Of a stretch of DNA of 64,000 nucleotides, positions 49,604 through 59,116 are shown one piece after another (within the stretch, counting starts at the first letter, position 1; each line of letters opens with the position of its first letter). The DNA lies in contig CP120455.1 in NCBI GenBank assembly GCA_034226945.1, positions 930,001-994,000 on the forward strand, written 5' to 3'. The notes under the pieces were generated by a model that worked only from the letters and a program-made list of their open reading frames with translations, searched no databases and was not told where the DNA came from. The DNA comes from Picochlorum sp. SENEW3 (lineage: Eukaryota). The translations under genes and the position numbers were made by a program.

Positions 49604-50611
49604 TTACGCGAGTCGATACGACTTTCCCTGGAAAGGCTTGAACCCATCCTCCTCATCCTTCTTTTCTGCTGCATCTACACCATCAGTGTCTGATGATGGT
49701 TTCTTTGCCTGGGATGCTGAAGACATCTGAGCATCAGGACTACTAAACTTGGCTGCCAATCTATCTTTAAACATGAGTTTACCGCTCTTCTTCCTCCCTA
49801 GTCCATTACTTGGTGGAGCACCAGACACGGCATTGTCTGTTGTTGATGAAGGACCCTGAGCTGGGAGCGGCGGAGCTTCCGACGCAGGTTTTCCATCCAA
49901 TCGCTTCGCCGATCCTGTAAATGCAGAGAACCGCGGCTGGGGTGGCTCCTCAACCGCCTCCTGCTTTGCAGACCCACCAAGGCTCTGTTGACTGACAGAG
50001 GATGATGTTGCTCCAGCTGCAGACACACCACTCATGGGTACCGGAGTCTCCTCCACATAATCCAACGGTGGCGCAAAGTCAACGTTACAATCCGTCTCAA
50101 TCACCGAAATCGCCTCTGCCGGCTTTGCATCAACAATATCAATCTGATATACTTTATTATTATAGTGAATGGGTATCGTGTCCCCCACCGTCAGACACGA
50201 AAATCCTCGCAATGTCGTCTCCAGAACAGCCTTGGGATTCGATATATCCAGAAAATCCTTCGAATGAGGCTGTAATTTGACATACGACCCCTTCGGAAGC
50301 GATGCATTGGACAATTTGAGAACCTCACCCTCTTGAAGACCTAAATTCTGCATCATCCAGTACGGTAGATACGCAGATCCTTCGTCTGCTATAAACTCCA
50401 GCACACCACAATGCGTAAATCGACCAGCTCGAGAATTCTCTGCTCGAAACAGCATGGGATACTCGATGTGCAACTGAGCCAGCCTATTCAAAGCAGTTGG
50501 TGGAAGGAATATCTTATCCCCTTGCTCTGCACTCGACTTTTCAATAAAGGAAACAGGATAACACCTAAAATGAGCCTCAAAGTGCTGCTGACCACCCCCA
50601 AAGAAGAACAT
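49604..50611 (-). CDS. UFD1: Ubiquitin fusion degradation protein 1
   Basis: GDKIFLPPTAL, THCGVLEFIADEG, ETDCNVDFAPPLDY, SHP-box-like FTGSAKRL and FQGKSYRL. Confidence 0.96.
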   Translation of the reverse strand: MFFFGGGQQHFEAHFRCYPVSFIEKSSAEQGDKIFLPPTALNRLAQLHIEYPMLFRAENSRAGRFTHCGVLEFIADEGSAYLPYWMMQNLGLQEGEVLKLSNASLPKGSYVKLQPHSKDFLDISNPKAVLETTLRGFSCLTVGDTIPIHYNNKVYQIDIVDAKPAEAISVIETDCNVDFAPPLDYVEETPVPMSGVSAAGATSSSVSQQSLGGSAKQEAVEEPPQPRFSAFTGSAKRLDGKPASEAPPLPAQGPSSTTDNAVSGAPPSNGLGRKKSGKLMFKDRLAAKFSSPDAQMSSASQAKKPSSDTDGVDAAEKKDEEDGFKPFQGKSYRLA

Positions 50612-50910
50612 GGTGCGTCGTTGATCCCTCACTGATTTAAAAATGAAACACAGACTCGCCTCAATAGGCCCGTTCTTTCCAATAACACAGTCCCGCCGAG
50701 TTGAACCTTTGTGTTTGTTGTCGTTACGATTGTTCTGGCTGCAGTCGTTACCCAGAACAAGACCTATCCCTGGTTGATCGACTACGAAACTCTGTAAATG
50801 GAATATTAAAAAATACCTCTAGTGGTATACTGAGCCATGAAATAAAACCCCCGATCCGTAAAAAGGCAATGTTCAGAAGACGTTGATGTATTATTTTATG
50901 ACAAATAGAC

Positions 50911-51234
50911 ATGAGTGCTCCCAAAGATACTCACACAATCCTTCTGTTTCAGCAAGACCAAGCTGCAAGCAGTAGAACGTTTTACGATTTTCCATCTCTG
51001 AAGAGTGCAGCAGGTGGATTGACGCAGATTTTTGAAAATCAGCTTAGAGAGTTTAACCCTGATAGGAAGGAACTGACGTATAATATGGCAGATTTGTACG
51101 AGTATATCGATCGGGTTCCTGATCTGTCCATGTTGGTGTTTGACCCGCATACAAAGCAGTATAGACCTTTTACGAAAGCAATGATTAAAGATGTGTTGTT
51201 GGAGTTTGTAACCAGTCAGGGTGGGCGTCGGTAG
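50911..51234 (+). CDS. ERH: Enhancer of rudimentary homolog
   Basis: HTILLFQ..SRTFYDF, TYNMADLYEYID..DLSMLV. Confidence 0.9.
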   Translation: MSAPKDTHTILLFQQDQAASSRTFYDFPSLKSAAGGLTQIFENQLREFNPDRKELTYNMADLYEYIDRVPDLSMLVFDPHTKQYRPFTKAMIKDVLLEFVTSQGGRR

Positions 51235-51374
51235 GGAAGAATCTCCACATCTATCTTCTTGTGTATCCACATCCATCTCACTGGTCAAAGGGATTTTAGC
51301 AACAAGGAGGTGTATTTTACTATACACGATGACAGTATTATAGGAAGAAAGATACATACATATATATACTAGAA

Positions 51375-52544
51375 TTACGATGGTATTCTTGGGTTCATGA
51401 TGCGAAAAAACAAGGGTGGTATGAGGGATGCAATCATTGTTGCTGGGTATCCGTGAGGGAGTTGTGGGGCATCCTGGACATGCTGGAGCAAAAAGTATGG
51501 AACTGTTTCCCGAGCGTGGTGATCAGAGTGTCGTTGAAGCTTGAATGAAACTGCGTTGGTGAATATTGTTGTTGCATTCCAGGAATGCTTTGGCATTGTT
51601 CTCTCGTATCGTCCATCTGGGCCTTGTTTTCTCTGTAAGCCATAGTGTTCAATGTAATTGACTGTTTCCAGCATGAGAATGGCAACGAGTGCCTGTCCAA
51701 GATGGATGGTCACTCCAGTGGAACCATAGAACGTATATGTTGCTAGCAACAGTGCCAGAGGAGCAGTAATCCACATGGCAATCTTGGCATACTTTTTCCT
51801 CTTCATCTCAGCTCCATATCCACCAATAAGATTCCCGTAGATACTTCTACACCAAAAATGATACACTGTCTCTCCTTTTCGAGCAGTTGCTGGGTCTTTT
51901 GGTGTCCCTATCCAACAATGGTGCTGCAAATGACTCCTTGTCCAGTGCATGTAGAAGTTTGGGATCAAGAGTACAGAAGACAACCACCTTTCAAATGGAT
52001 CAGCGCTGTGGAGGAGCTCATGTGCTACTGTGAATGCCATTGAATTAGCGACTCCCAAACTCACAATACTCCCAATATACGCCGCCAGTGACATTGTATC
52101 TCTGTGTGTGCACAGCAGGTGACACACACCTGCCAACATGGCATATGTTACAGGGACATAGAGCTGCACTAGCCTTCTGTATCTGCCATATGTGTGAGCA
52201 GACTCCACATCTTCCTTCTTGGTATTGGTGTAATCAGATCCCAGTATTGTATCAAGTAGAGGAATAGCAATGAAGGCATACACAACAGTGAGTATGCTCG
52301 AGGCAATAGCCCAAGATTGGGTGGTGTTCCTGCCAGTCATGGCACAAGTTGCACCCAGAGTAATCAAAGGCATGATGAAACTGCACAGATAGCCCACCCA
52401 CCCAGGCATATACTCCATCCATATCTGCCCAAGATATGTTTCACTGTTCTTGTTGCGTGGCTTTGGAGATGACTGGTGTGAAATCTGACGTTTCTTTCCT
52501 TGAAAAGACCACGCGGACCTGTCGAATACGGCAGTCGTACTCAT
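51375..52544 (-). CDS. AlkB-type membrane di-iron alkane 1-monooxygenase-like protein, intronless
   Basis: AHELLH, HWTRSHLQHH, TPKDPATAR, NYIEHYGL, HSWN, LQRHSDHH, APQLPHGYP. Confidence 0.88.
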   Translation of the reverse strand: MSTTAVFDRSAWSFQGKKRQISHQSSPKPRNKNSETYLGQIWMEYMPGWVGYLCSFIMPLITLGATCAMTGRNTTQSWAIASSILTVVYAFIAIPLLDTILGSDYTNTKKEDVESAHTYGRYRRLVQLYVPVTYAMLAGVCHLLCTHRDTMSLAAYIGSIVSLGVANSMAFTVAHELLHSADPFERWLSSVLLIPNFYMHWTRSHLQHHCWIGTPKDPATARKGETVYHFWCRSIYGNLIGGYGAEMKRKKYAKIAMWITAPLALLLATYTFYGSTGVTIHLGQALVAILMLETVNYIEHYGLQRKQGPDGRYERTMPKHSWNATTIFTNAVSFKLQRHSDHHARETVPYFLLQHVQDAPQLPHGYPATMIASLIPPLFFRIMNPRIPS

Positions 52545-53081
52545 TCCTTTGTTTTTTTTCTTCTTCTTCTTACCTGAGGCACTCCAAGGCAGAGGAAAAA
52601 TTCCTTTTTTTCGTAAAACTCTAGTATTAAACGATATGCTTCGCTGAGAGCCAAACGGATATGCTCTTCAGAAGTAGACGATCTGTAAATCAAGACTGGT
52701 CTTTCTTATTTTGAAAAACCCTTTCTTGTCACAGACCAACAACGAGTATCGCACAGTTTTTAATACTATAGAAACACTATTCATAGTAACTAGAGTGTAC
52801 TTTCTGCTATTATGCATGCCATACGGTTCTTCAAGTTTGAGGAGATTCGTCCACGTCAGCACATTACGTGTCTGACGACAACACTTGCTTGTATTGGAAT
52901 GTGGAATACCAAACTTTCCTTTTCATAATGTTCTGTGGTATATATATATATACACGCATGATCACTTCTATATTGTTACACTACTATATATTGTTGATGT
53001 TTATGAAAATAGTGAAGAAGAAGGAGAAGATGGTGGTGGTGATATGGAAGTAGAGAGGCAAGCAAGCAAGCATGCACTTGA

Positions 53082-54909
53082 TTAATCTCTACGGGCACGA
53101 CGGGACCTTCTGGTTGGAGATGCATCTTCCTTCTCTTCCTCCTCTTCTTCCTCCTCAATCTCTTCCTTCTTGTCCTTTGCTGGAGTGGCGTCCTTCTTCT
53201 TTGACTGTCCAACCTGCTCCTTTTCAGCTGTCTCAGCCTTTCCTGCTGGCATGAGCATAGTGGTCAACAGGAGGGCGACAAGTCCAGAGAGGCCAGCAAT
53301 GGCAACCATTGGCTTCTCAATCAAAAAGTCGTAAATGTTAGAGAGAGGAGCCTGCTGGGCATATGGAGCGATAAGAGATGACTCAAAGATCTTGTCAACA
53401 ACAGAGATGAAGCTGGATTCGACCTTGCCCAGGAAAGTGTCCTTGGCACCCTCAGTCTCCTTAATCTCCTTGGTTCTCTTCTCTTCATCTTCCTTGGCCT
53501 TGGCATCAAAAGCGGCCTTCTCCACATCATACTTTGGCTTCCAGTATTCCTCACGGATCTTCTCAGCCTTCTCAACGCTGTCAGTGATCACAAGGTTATC
53601 AAAGTAGTAATCCTTGTCCATGGTCCAAATCTCAATGGCAACTCCTCCAATCTTTCCAATGTGTTTCAATGGAGTGGTATCGTTGTAGAAGTCTGGATTC
53701 TCAATCTTACGTGGAGCCCAAACACCCTTGTAGTCTGGGTTATCAATCATTGGTGGAACCCACTTGCCCTTGAACTCTGGGTTTGGCTTGTTTGGACGCT
53801 CCCATGGTCCGCATCCTGGAGCATCAGCACACTTTGGATTTGGCACCATTGGTGGCTCCCAGTCACCATCCTCCTCATCATCCCAGTCCTCTGGCTTGGT
53901 AGCTTCTGGGTCTTCAATCTCTTTTGGCTCGCTCTCAAGCCATCCCTCTGGCATGGTGGCCTCCTCATCTGGAATCATGGCTGGCGCATCCTCATCCCAG
54001 TCATCTGGCTTGACTGCATCTGGGTCTGGAATCTTGGCCTCATCAACCCAATCCTCTGGCTTTGTATCCTCTGGGTCATCAATCTCCTTTGGTGGGTTGA
54101 ATGATGGGTCAAAGTGATCAAACAGAGATCCAGACTTCTTCTCCTCTCCATCAATCAACATGGAGTAGGTGTTGGTTGCAGAGTCCAGAATGGCAGTGTA
54201 CACATGTGTCACATTGCTCTCACTTGGAACCATTGGTGGTGCTGTCAAGTGCTTCTCCTCAATCTTGTTGGTCTTTGGGCTCTTGTGACGGATAATCAAG
54301 TGCACCTTGTTGGTGGCTCCACAGACATCTGGTCCAAACATAATGGTATATGGAGTATCCTCGGCAAGGCCAGCTGGCTTGAAGGAGTCATCGGCGGTAA
54401 TGAATTTCATGTACGCTCCTCCGCACTCGAGTCCATCACCAAGCTTCAATTCATACTGCAACACAGTCTTTCCCGCTCCCGGGTCCAATGGAGTTGGCAA
54501 CAGTGCAGACATTCCATAGTGCTGAGCCTTCTCAGTCACCTTCAACGCAGTGTTATCAGACCCCTCAAGAGTAGTCTCTACGGCAAAACGACCAGTATAC
54601 TTCTCACCGGCTGCATACAATAGATAGTACCATGTCAGACGGAGACTTGGGTGTGATCGATTCGAGCGGCAAGATATGCGACTCCACCAATACTACATAT
54701 ACACCCATTCAATATGCATGTAACAAGTATATATGTAATCAAGCAAAGGCATTGGCGGATATAACGCCAGCAGCCACCGAGAACAATCAGCACGTACTTG
54801 AGTAGATCCACCGCTCCTCCCAAGATTCTGAAAAAGTCTCATGGAAAGCCTGGCATCCGGCACCGAATGCCAAAATTGCAATCAATGCAACAATAGATGA
54901 GGAACGCAT
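53082..54909 (-). CDS. CNX: Calnexin; one intron
   Basis: Signal peptide; LECGGAYMK, IMFGPD, KPEDWD P-domain repeats, TM helix and acidic tail. Confidence 0.96.
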
Positions 54910-55482
54910 TCTATCCCCTGCCTCTTCTTCGCAGACTGACTGTGATCAGACGACGGCACCTGGAACACAATGATACACTGATACGTCACGATCTGCTATC
55001 AGACAATGATTCTGGATTCATTAAAAGTATTTTTAAATATCATGGAGCATACCTTGAAAAAAAACAATGAAATTGTTACTGCTTGTGGGTGGTTGCTGAA
55101 TGGCCTTGTGAATGATGGGAGAGCATCAGCATCCACGACATCCGGCATCTCGGTTGATGACTTGGATTCTCATCCCATTGGGAGATGAGATGTATGGTAT
55201 CCATGTGGTATGGCTGATGGTGGGATTGCGTGTTCTGGATGCCATGCAGATGTACATGCAGGTTGGGTGAGGGAGATGGGCGTAGAGCAGTCATGTGGCA
55301 TAGGGATCTTCGGTGATGGGGTTGGCTTCTGAGGTCATGAATTGTGTGTCAGGTGTTCTGGGAAGGGGTGGTGGAGGTGGCGAGAGAGAAGACAGGGAAT
55401 AGTATCACAGTCCCTCACCAAGGGGTGAAGGGGTGCTTTCAACGTCATTTTAAGAAAGTCGGAACGGCATGGCCCTGAATAT

Positions 55483-55512
55483 TTCGCAGTACCTATTCAA
55501 GTGTACTGCGAA
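55483..55512. promoter_or_regulatory. Perfect 10-bp inverted repeat with two GTAC cores (candidate copper-response/SBP site)
   Basis: TTCGCAGTAC-N10-GTACTGCGAA about 90 nt before ATG 55601. Confidence 0.35.
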
Positions 55513-55600
55513 TTCCTGGGGTGGTGGACTGGTCGAACCACCAACCAACCCATTGTATTCTGCACGCAGGCGATATCGACGGTGCATAAATATATATTTT

Positions 55601-57715
55601 ATGCTACTATTGCGTAAAGAAGTAATCTTTGGGGTGGGTATTGTATTTGCAGCCCTGTTGGGTTGCGGACGCGGTGACACTATAGAGTGGAGTTTGGGGA
55701 AAAAGTACCCAAATACGACTGTTGAGGCTGGTGATTGGGTGACGTTTGAATATAGATCTGGTATCCATGATGTATGGTCTATGCGTGGTGCAACGTGTGA
55801 TTTTGAGGGGGCGACGCGGATGGATGCGAGCGGTGCGTCGAGCTACACGGTGCAGTTGACCGAGCCAGGGACGTATTACTACGCGTGTTCGACGGCAGGG
55901 CATTGCGATGCTGGGCAGAGAATTACAATACAGGTTGTTAATGGATCATCATCGGCGTCGTCGTCATCGAGTGAGCAACAAGACCCAACAGGACGACAAG
56001 AAGAAGAAGAACAAGATACTAATGATACTAATGGGCAACAAGGTGCCTGTGCAGCACCTGTGCCATCGTCTACGCTGCCAGGATATGTGACAGTGTCGTG
56101 TCGTAGTAGAGCTCTGAGTCTCTCTCCAGGTGATAATATATACCCAGATGTTCCTCTCGCATCGCCCTATGTGGATGATGTGGTGGTTGTCAAAGCGGTT
56201 GCAGCCGAGATTGTTGATGCATCTGGGAGGCCAGTGCCATTGTCGGAAGTCTATTTGCATCATAGTTTCGGAGACTATAGATTTATTCCTGGGGAGGGAT
56301 CAGAGGTGAGGCGGTCTCCGTGGAGAAATCCTTTGCCAGAGCCGTATGGTTTGCTTGTGAATGGGACACAGTTCTCTGTAAATCCCCAATCCAGGAACAC
56401 AAACCTCCACGTCATTAATACCGTTGGCGTTTCAGAGGATGACCTCAAGGCGTGCATAGAGTGCTGGTGTTCGAATGAAGAGAGCTTTTCGGCAAGTATA
56501 GGGTGTTGCCGGAAATGTCCAAGCAACAGCACAGATGGTCGGAAGGATTATTTCTTGCAGTATAATGTCACCTACAAGGTTGCAGACAAGGAAACACTCG
56601 ACTCCACGACACCTGTTGATTTCGTCAATATTGATATTGCTGGGGGGGTTGAGTATTCGGTTGATGCCAAGGGGCCGGATACTGAGGATGTTATACAGCG
56701 AACCTTTGCAATTGATTATTTCTGTCCTCAGACAAGGTCCTTCTCAGTCCTTGCGTGTAGAGCACATCAGCATATAGGGGGCAAATGTGTACGCATGACG
56801 GATGCAAAGACGGGCGAGCGTATTTGCGAAAGTTGCCCCGAGTATGGAACGTCTTCAGCAAATGAGCCAGGGAATGAGAGTGGGTATGTCGTTGGGATGA
56901 CAGAGTATTCCAGATTTGACAATCCTGTGAGGCTCGAGCCAGGGCAAGAGGTCACGGTGACTGCCGTATATGACGCATCCCAAAAATATGGGGGAGTCAT
57001 GTCAATACTAGGAATCATGTTTGAGGGTATGGAATTGAGAGACGAATGCAACATTGACTTTGGTGGGTTTATACAGCCAGAGCTCAAGGAGGGACGTGTG
57101 AGTGAGTCAGAATTGATTCAAGGCTTGTCAGAGAGAGTGAGGGCAATGCCTTTAGACTGTGGAAATAATTTGAGACAGTATCTAGAAGATACGTTGATAA
57201 CGTGTGCGCCTGCGGCGTATGACTTGAAGAGTATGGATGTTCTGGATGCAGATGATAAGAAGGTGTGCTGCGACACTATCAATGAAAAAGAGGATGTCAT
57301 GTCATATCTCCTGAAACAAGGAATCGACATTGCTTCGAGATCAGAGTGCTTCTGTCCTCTCGGAGAATTATTGAGATATGGCGTAGCGACTGAAAGTTTG
57401 GAAGCTGTGATACAGTTGTCATCGATCTGCACTGGATCTTTACCAGATGATGGAGTCATAGATGGCCTGTACGTCGCCCTGCAATCAATCTTCAGTCCAC
57501 GGTGCCCAGATATCAAAGCTGCCATGGAACAGATGCTGTCGCAAAAGGCAGCAGAAACTGATACTGATGCTCCAGTACCAAGCGAGCCAAGCGTGGTACA
57601 ACCTAGTCCGGAATCAAGCCTTGGTGTTGAGGAGGAACAGAGAGTCTCGGCATCTGCAGGACGGGTTGGCACCATCACAATGCTTGCAATTGCTGCCACG
57701 ATCCTATCGGTTTGA
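55601..57715 (+). CDS. Secreted phytocyanin + SURNod19-like copper monooxygenase + 8-Cys domain protein, probably GPI anchored
   Basis: Signal peptide; IHDV..YYACSTAGHCDAGQ; VPLSEVYLHH, AHQHIGG, GNESGYVVGM, GVM; C-C-CC-CxC-C-C pattern; hydrophobic tail. Confidence 0.85.
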   Translation: MLLLRKEVIFGVGIVFAALLGCGRGDTIEWSLGKKYPNTTVEAGDWVTFEYRSGIHDVWSMRGATCDFEGATRMDASGASSYTVQLTEPGTYYYACSTAGHCDAGQRITIQVVNGSSSASSSSSEQQDPTGRQEEEEQDTNDTNGQQGACAAPVPSSTLPGYVTVSCRSRALSLSPGDNIYPDVPLASPYVDDVVVVKAVAAEIVDASGRPVPLSEVYLHHSFGDYRFIPGEGSEVRRSPWRNPLPEPYGLLVNGTQFSVNPQSRNTNLHVINTVGVSEDDLKACIECWCSNEESFSASIGCCRKCPSNSTDGRKDYFLQYNVTYKVADKETLDSTTPVDFVNIDIAGGVEYSVDAKGPDTEDVIQRTFAIDYFCPQTRSFSVLACRAHQHIGGKCVRMTDAKTGERICESCPEYGTSSANEPGNESGYVVGMTEYSRFDNPVRLEPGQEVTVTAVYDASQKYGGVMSILGIMFEGMELRDECNIDFGGFIQPELKEGRVSESELIQGLSERVRAMPLDCGNNLRQYLEDTLITCAPAAYDLKSMDVLDADDKKVCCDTINEKEDVMSYLLKQGIDIASRSECFCPLGELLRYGVATESLEAVIQLSSICTGSLPDDGVIDGLYVALQSIFSPRCPDIKAAMEQMLSQKAAETDTDAPVPSEPSVVQPSPESSLGVEEEQRVSASAGRVGTITMLAIAATILSV

Positions 57716-57781
57716 CCCAATAATTCATTGCTATATGTACCATTATAATTGATTAATTCTTCACTGCATGTAACGATCACA

Positions 57782-59074
57782 ATGACGGTCAGGATAGGCT
57801 GTTATCATGCGTCGCCATGCTTTGGTGTTGGACCAAACCACAGAATTCTACCACGGATGGCTACTACTACGGGCTTGCCACTCGGCCAACTAACGAGTAA
57901 AAAATGTGTTCGAATTGGAAGCACAGCAATAGCGTATGCGACATCCTATAGGAGAGGATTTGCTCCTTTGAGTGCTGAGGGCCAGAGGGGGGTACCCCTT
58001 CGAGGACAATGCCCCATGGCTGGGACATCGCATGGAATGTTTGGTGCCAATTCGAAGCCTTATAAATGTATTGGAGGAAGGAAAGTTGGCATCGTTTGGT
58101 TTCGGAACGATTTACGTTTGCACGACCATGAGGCTCTCTCAAGGGCCACAGCAGAGTGTAGTTCTATGCTTCCAGTCTACTGCTTTGATCCCCGTGAATA
58201 CGGGGAGTCTCGCCCTCAACGAGGGCGCAAGTATGGTAAAACTGGTCCATATAGAGCGACCTTTCTGATAGATGCTGTGACAGATTTGAGAGAGAGGTTG
58301 AGACAGCGTGGTAGTGATTTGGTGGTTGCAGTTGGAAAGCCTGAGGACGTCATTCCAGAGATTGGGCGGAAGATTGGAGCTGATGCAGTATATTGTCATA
58401 CTGAAGTAACGTACGAGGAGACACAGATCGAGGATAGGGTAAAGAGTGCTGTTGTCAAAGACAATGGAGGTGCATTTCATTCCTTCTGGACAAACACATT
58501 GCATCATGTGGAGGATTTGCCATGTGGTCTCGAAAAGCTTCCCCAAAGTTTTGATGAGTTCAAGTCTGTGATGGAAGGTGTTGAGCCAAGGCATTCGATA
58601 GACGAGGATGAATCAATCAAGGGCTTGCCTCTAGGAGCACGCATGTCAATTCAGATGGGTGAGATTCCAACACTGGAGGATTTGGGGTTCTCCCCACCTC
58701 GTATGAATGAAGAAGCGGATGAACAAGAATCTTGTGGATTTTCATCATGCCAAGGAGGAGAAAGTGAAGCGTTAAAGCAGCTGAGAAAGTTTGTGCAAGA
58801 CATTGTATCCTCTTCAAAACCAGGCACCACGAGTTTCTCAGGAAGTATTGCTCCATGGTTGGCGTCCGGCTGTCTTTCACCGCGCAAGATGCTCGAAACT
58901 GTGATGCAATTTGATGATAAAAGTACATCTAATAAGTCAAAGTCGTCGCTGAATTGGATCCAGTTTGAACTTTTATGGAGAGACTTTTTCAGAATGTTGA
59001 CAAAGAGGTACACTGATGTTGTTCTTCCCAAAGCAAGGCATGTGCTGCAATCACAGCAACAATGCGTCGCATAA
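57782..59074 (+). CDS. PHR2: Photolyase/cryptochrome-like PHR2 (short FAD domain)
   Basis: IVWFRNDLRLHDHEAL, KTGPYRATFL, GGESEAL, PWLASGCLSPR; ends soon after FELLWRDFFR. Confidence 0.88.
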   Translation: MTVRIGCYHASPCFGVGPNHRILPRMATTTGLPLGQLTSKKCVRIGSTAIAYATSYRRGFAPLSAEGQRGVPLRGQCPMAGTSHGMFGANSKPYKCIGGRKVGIVWFRNDLRLHDHEALSRATAECSSMLPVYCFDPREYGESRPQRGRKYGKTGPYRATFLIDAVTDLRERLRQRGSDLVVAVGKPEDVIPEIGRKIGADAVYCHTEVTYEETQIEDRVKSAVVKDNGGAFHSFWTNTLHHVEDLPCGLEKLPQSFDEFKSVMEGVEPRHSIDEDESIKGLPLGARMSIQMGEIPTLEDLGFSPPRMNEEADEQESCGFSSCQGGESEALKQLRKFVQDIVSSSKPGTTSFSGSIAPWLASGCLSPRKMLETVMQFDDKSTSNKSKSSLNWIQFELLWRDFFRMLTKRYTDVVLPKARHVLQSQQQCVA

Positions 59075-59116
59075 TATGATTTGTATAATAGTTGATTTTT
59101 GTGTAACAAATGCTTT

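Noticed and set aside
49522..49674. Apparent same-strand overlap of the RRP36 ORF with UFD1
   Set aside because: The ORF caller used a non-ATG upstream start; the plausible ATG is at 49521
52620..52900. Imperfect hairpin as a possible snoRNA
   Set aside because: No convincing C/D or H/ACA boxes
53740..54090. Repeated units in calnexin
   Set aside because: These are ordinary P-domain protein repeats, not a CRISPR array or DNA repeat element
54950..55460. Short ORFs between calnexin and the copper protein
   Set aside because: No homology signal; likely bidirectional promoter or UTR
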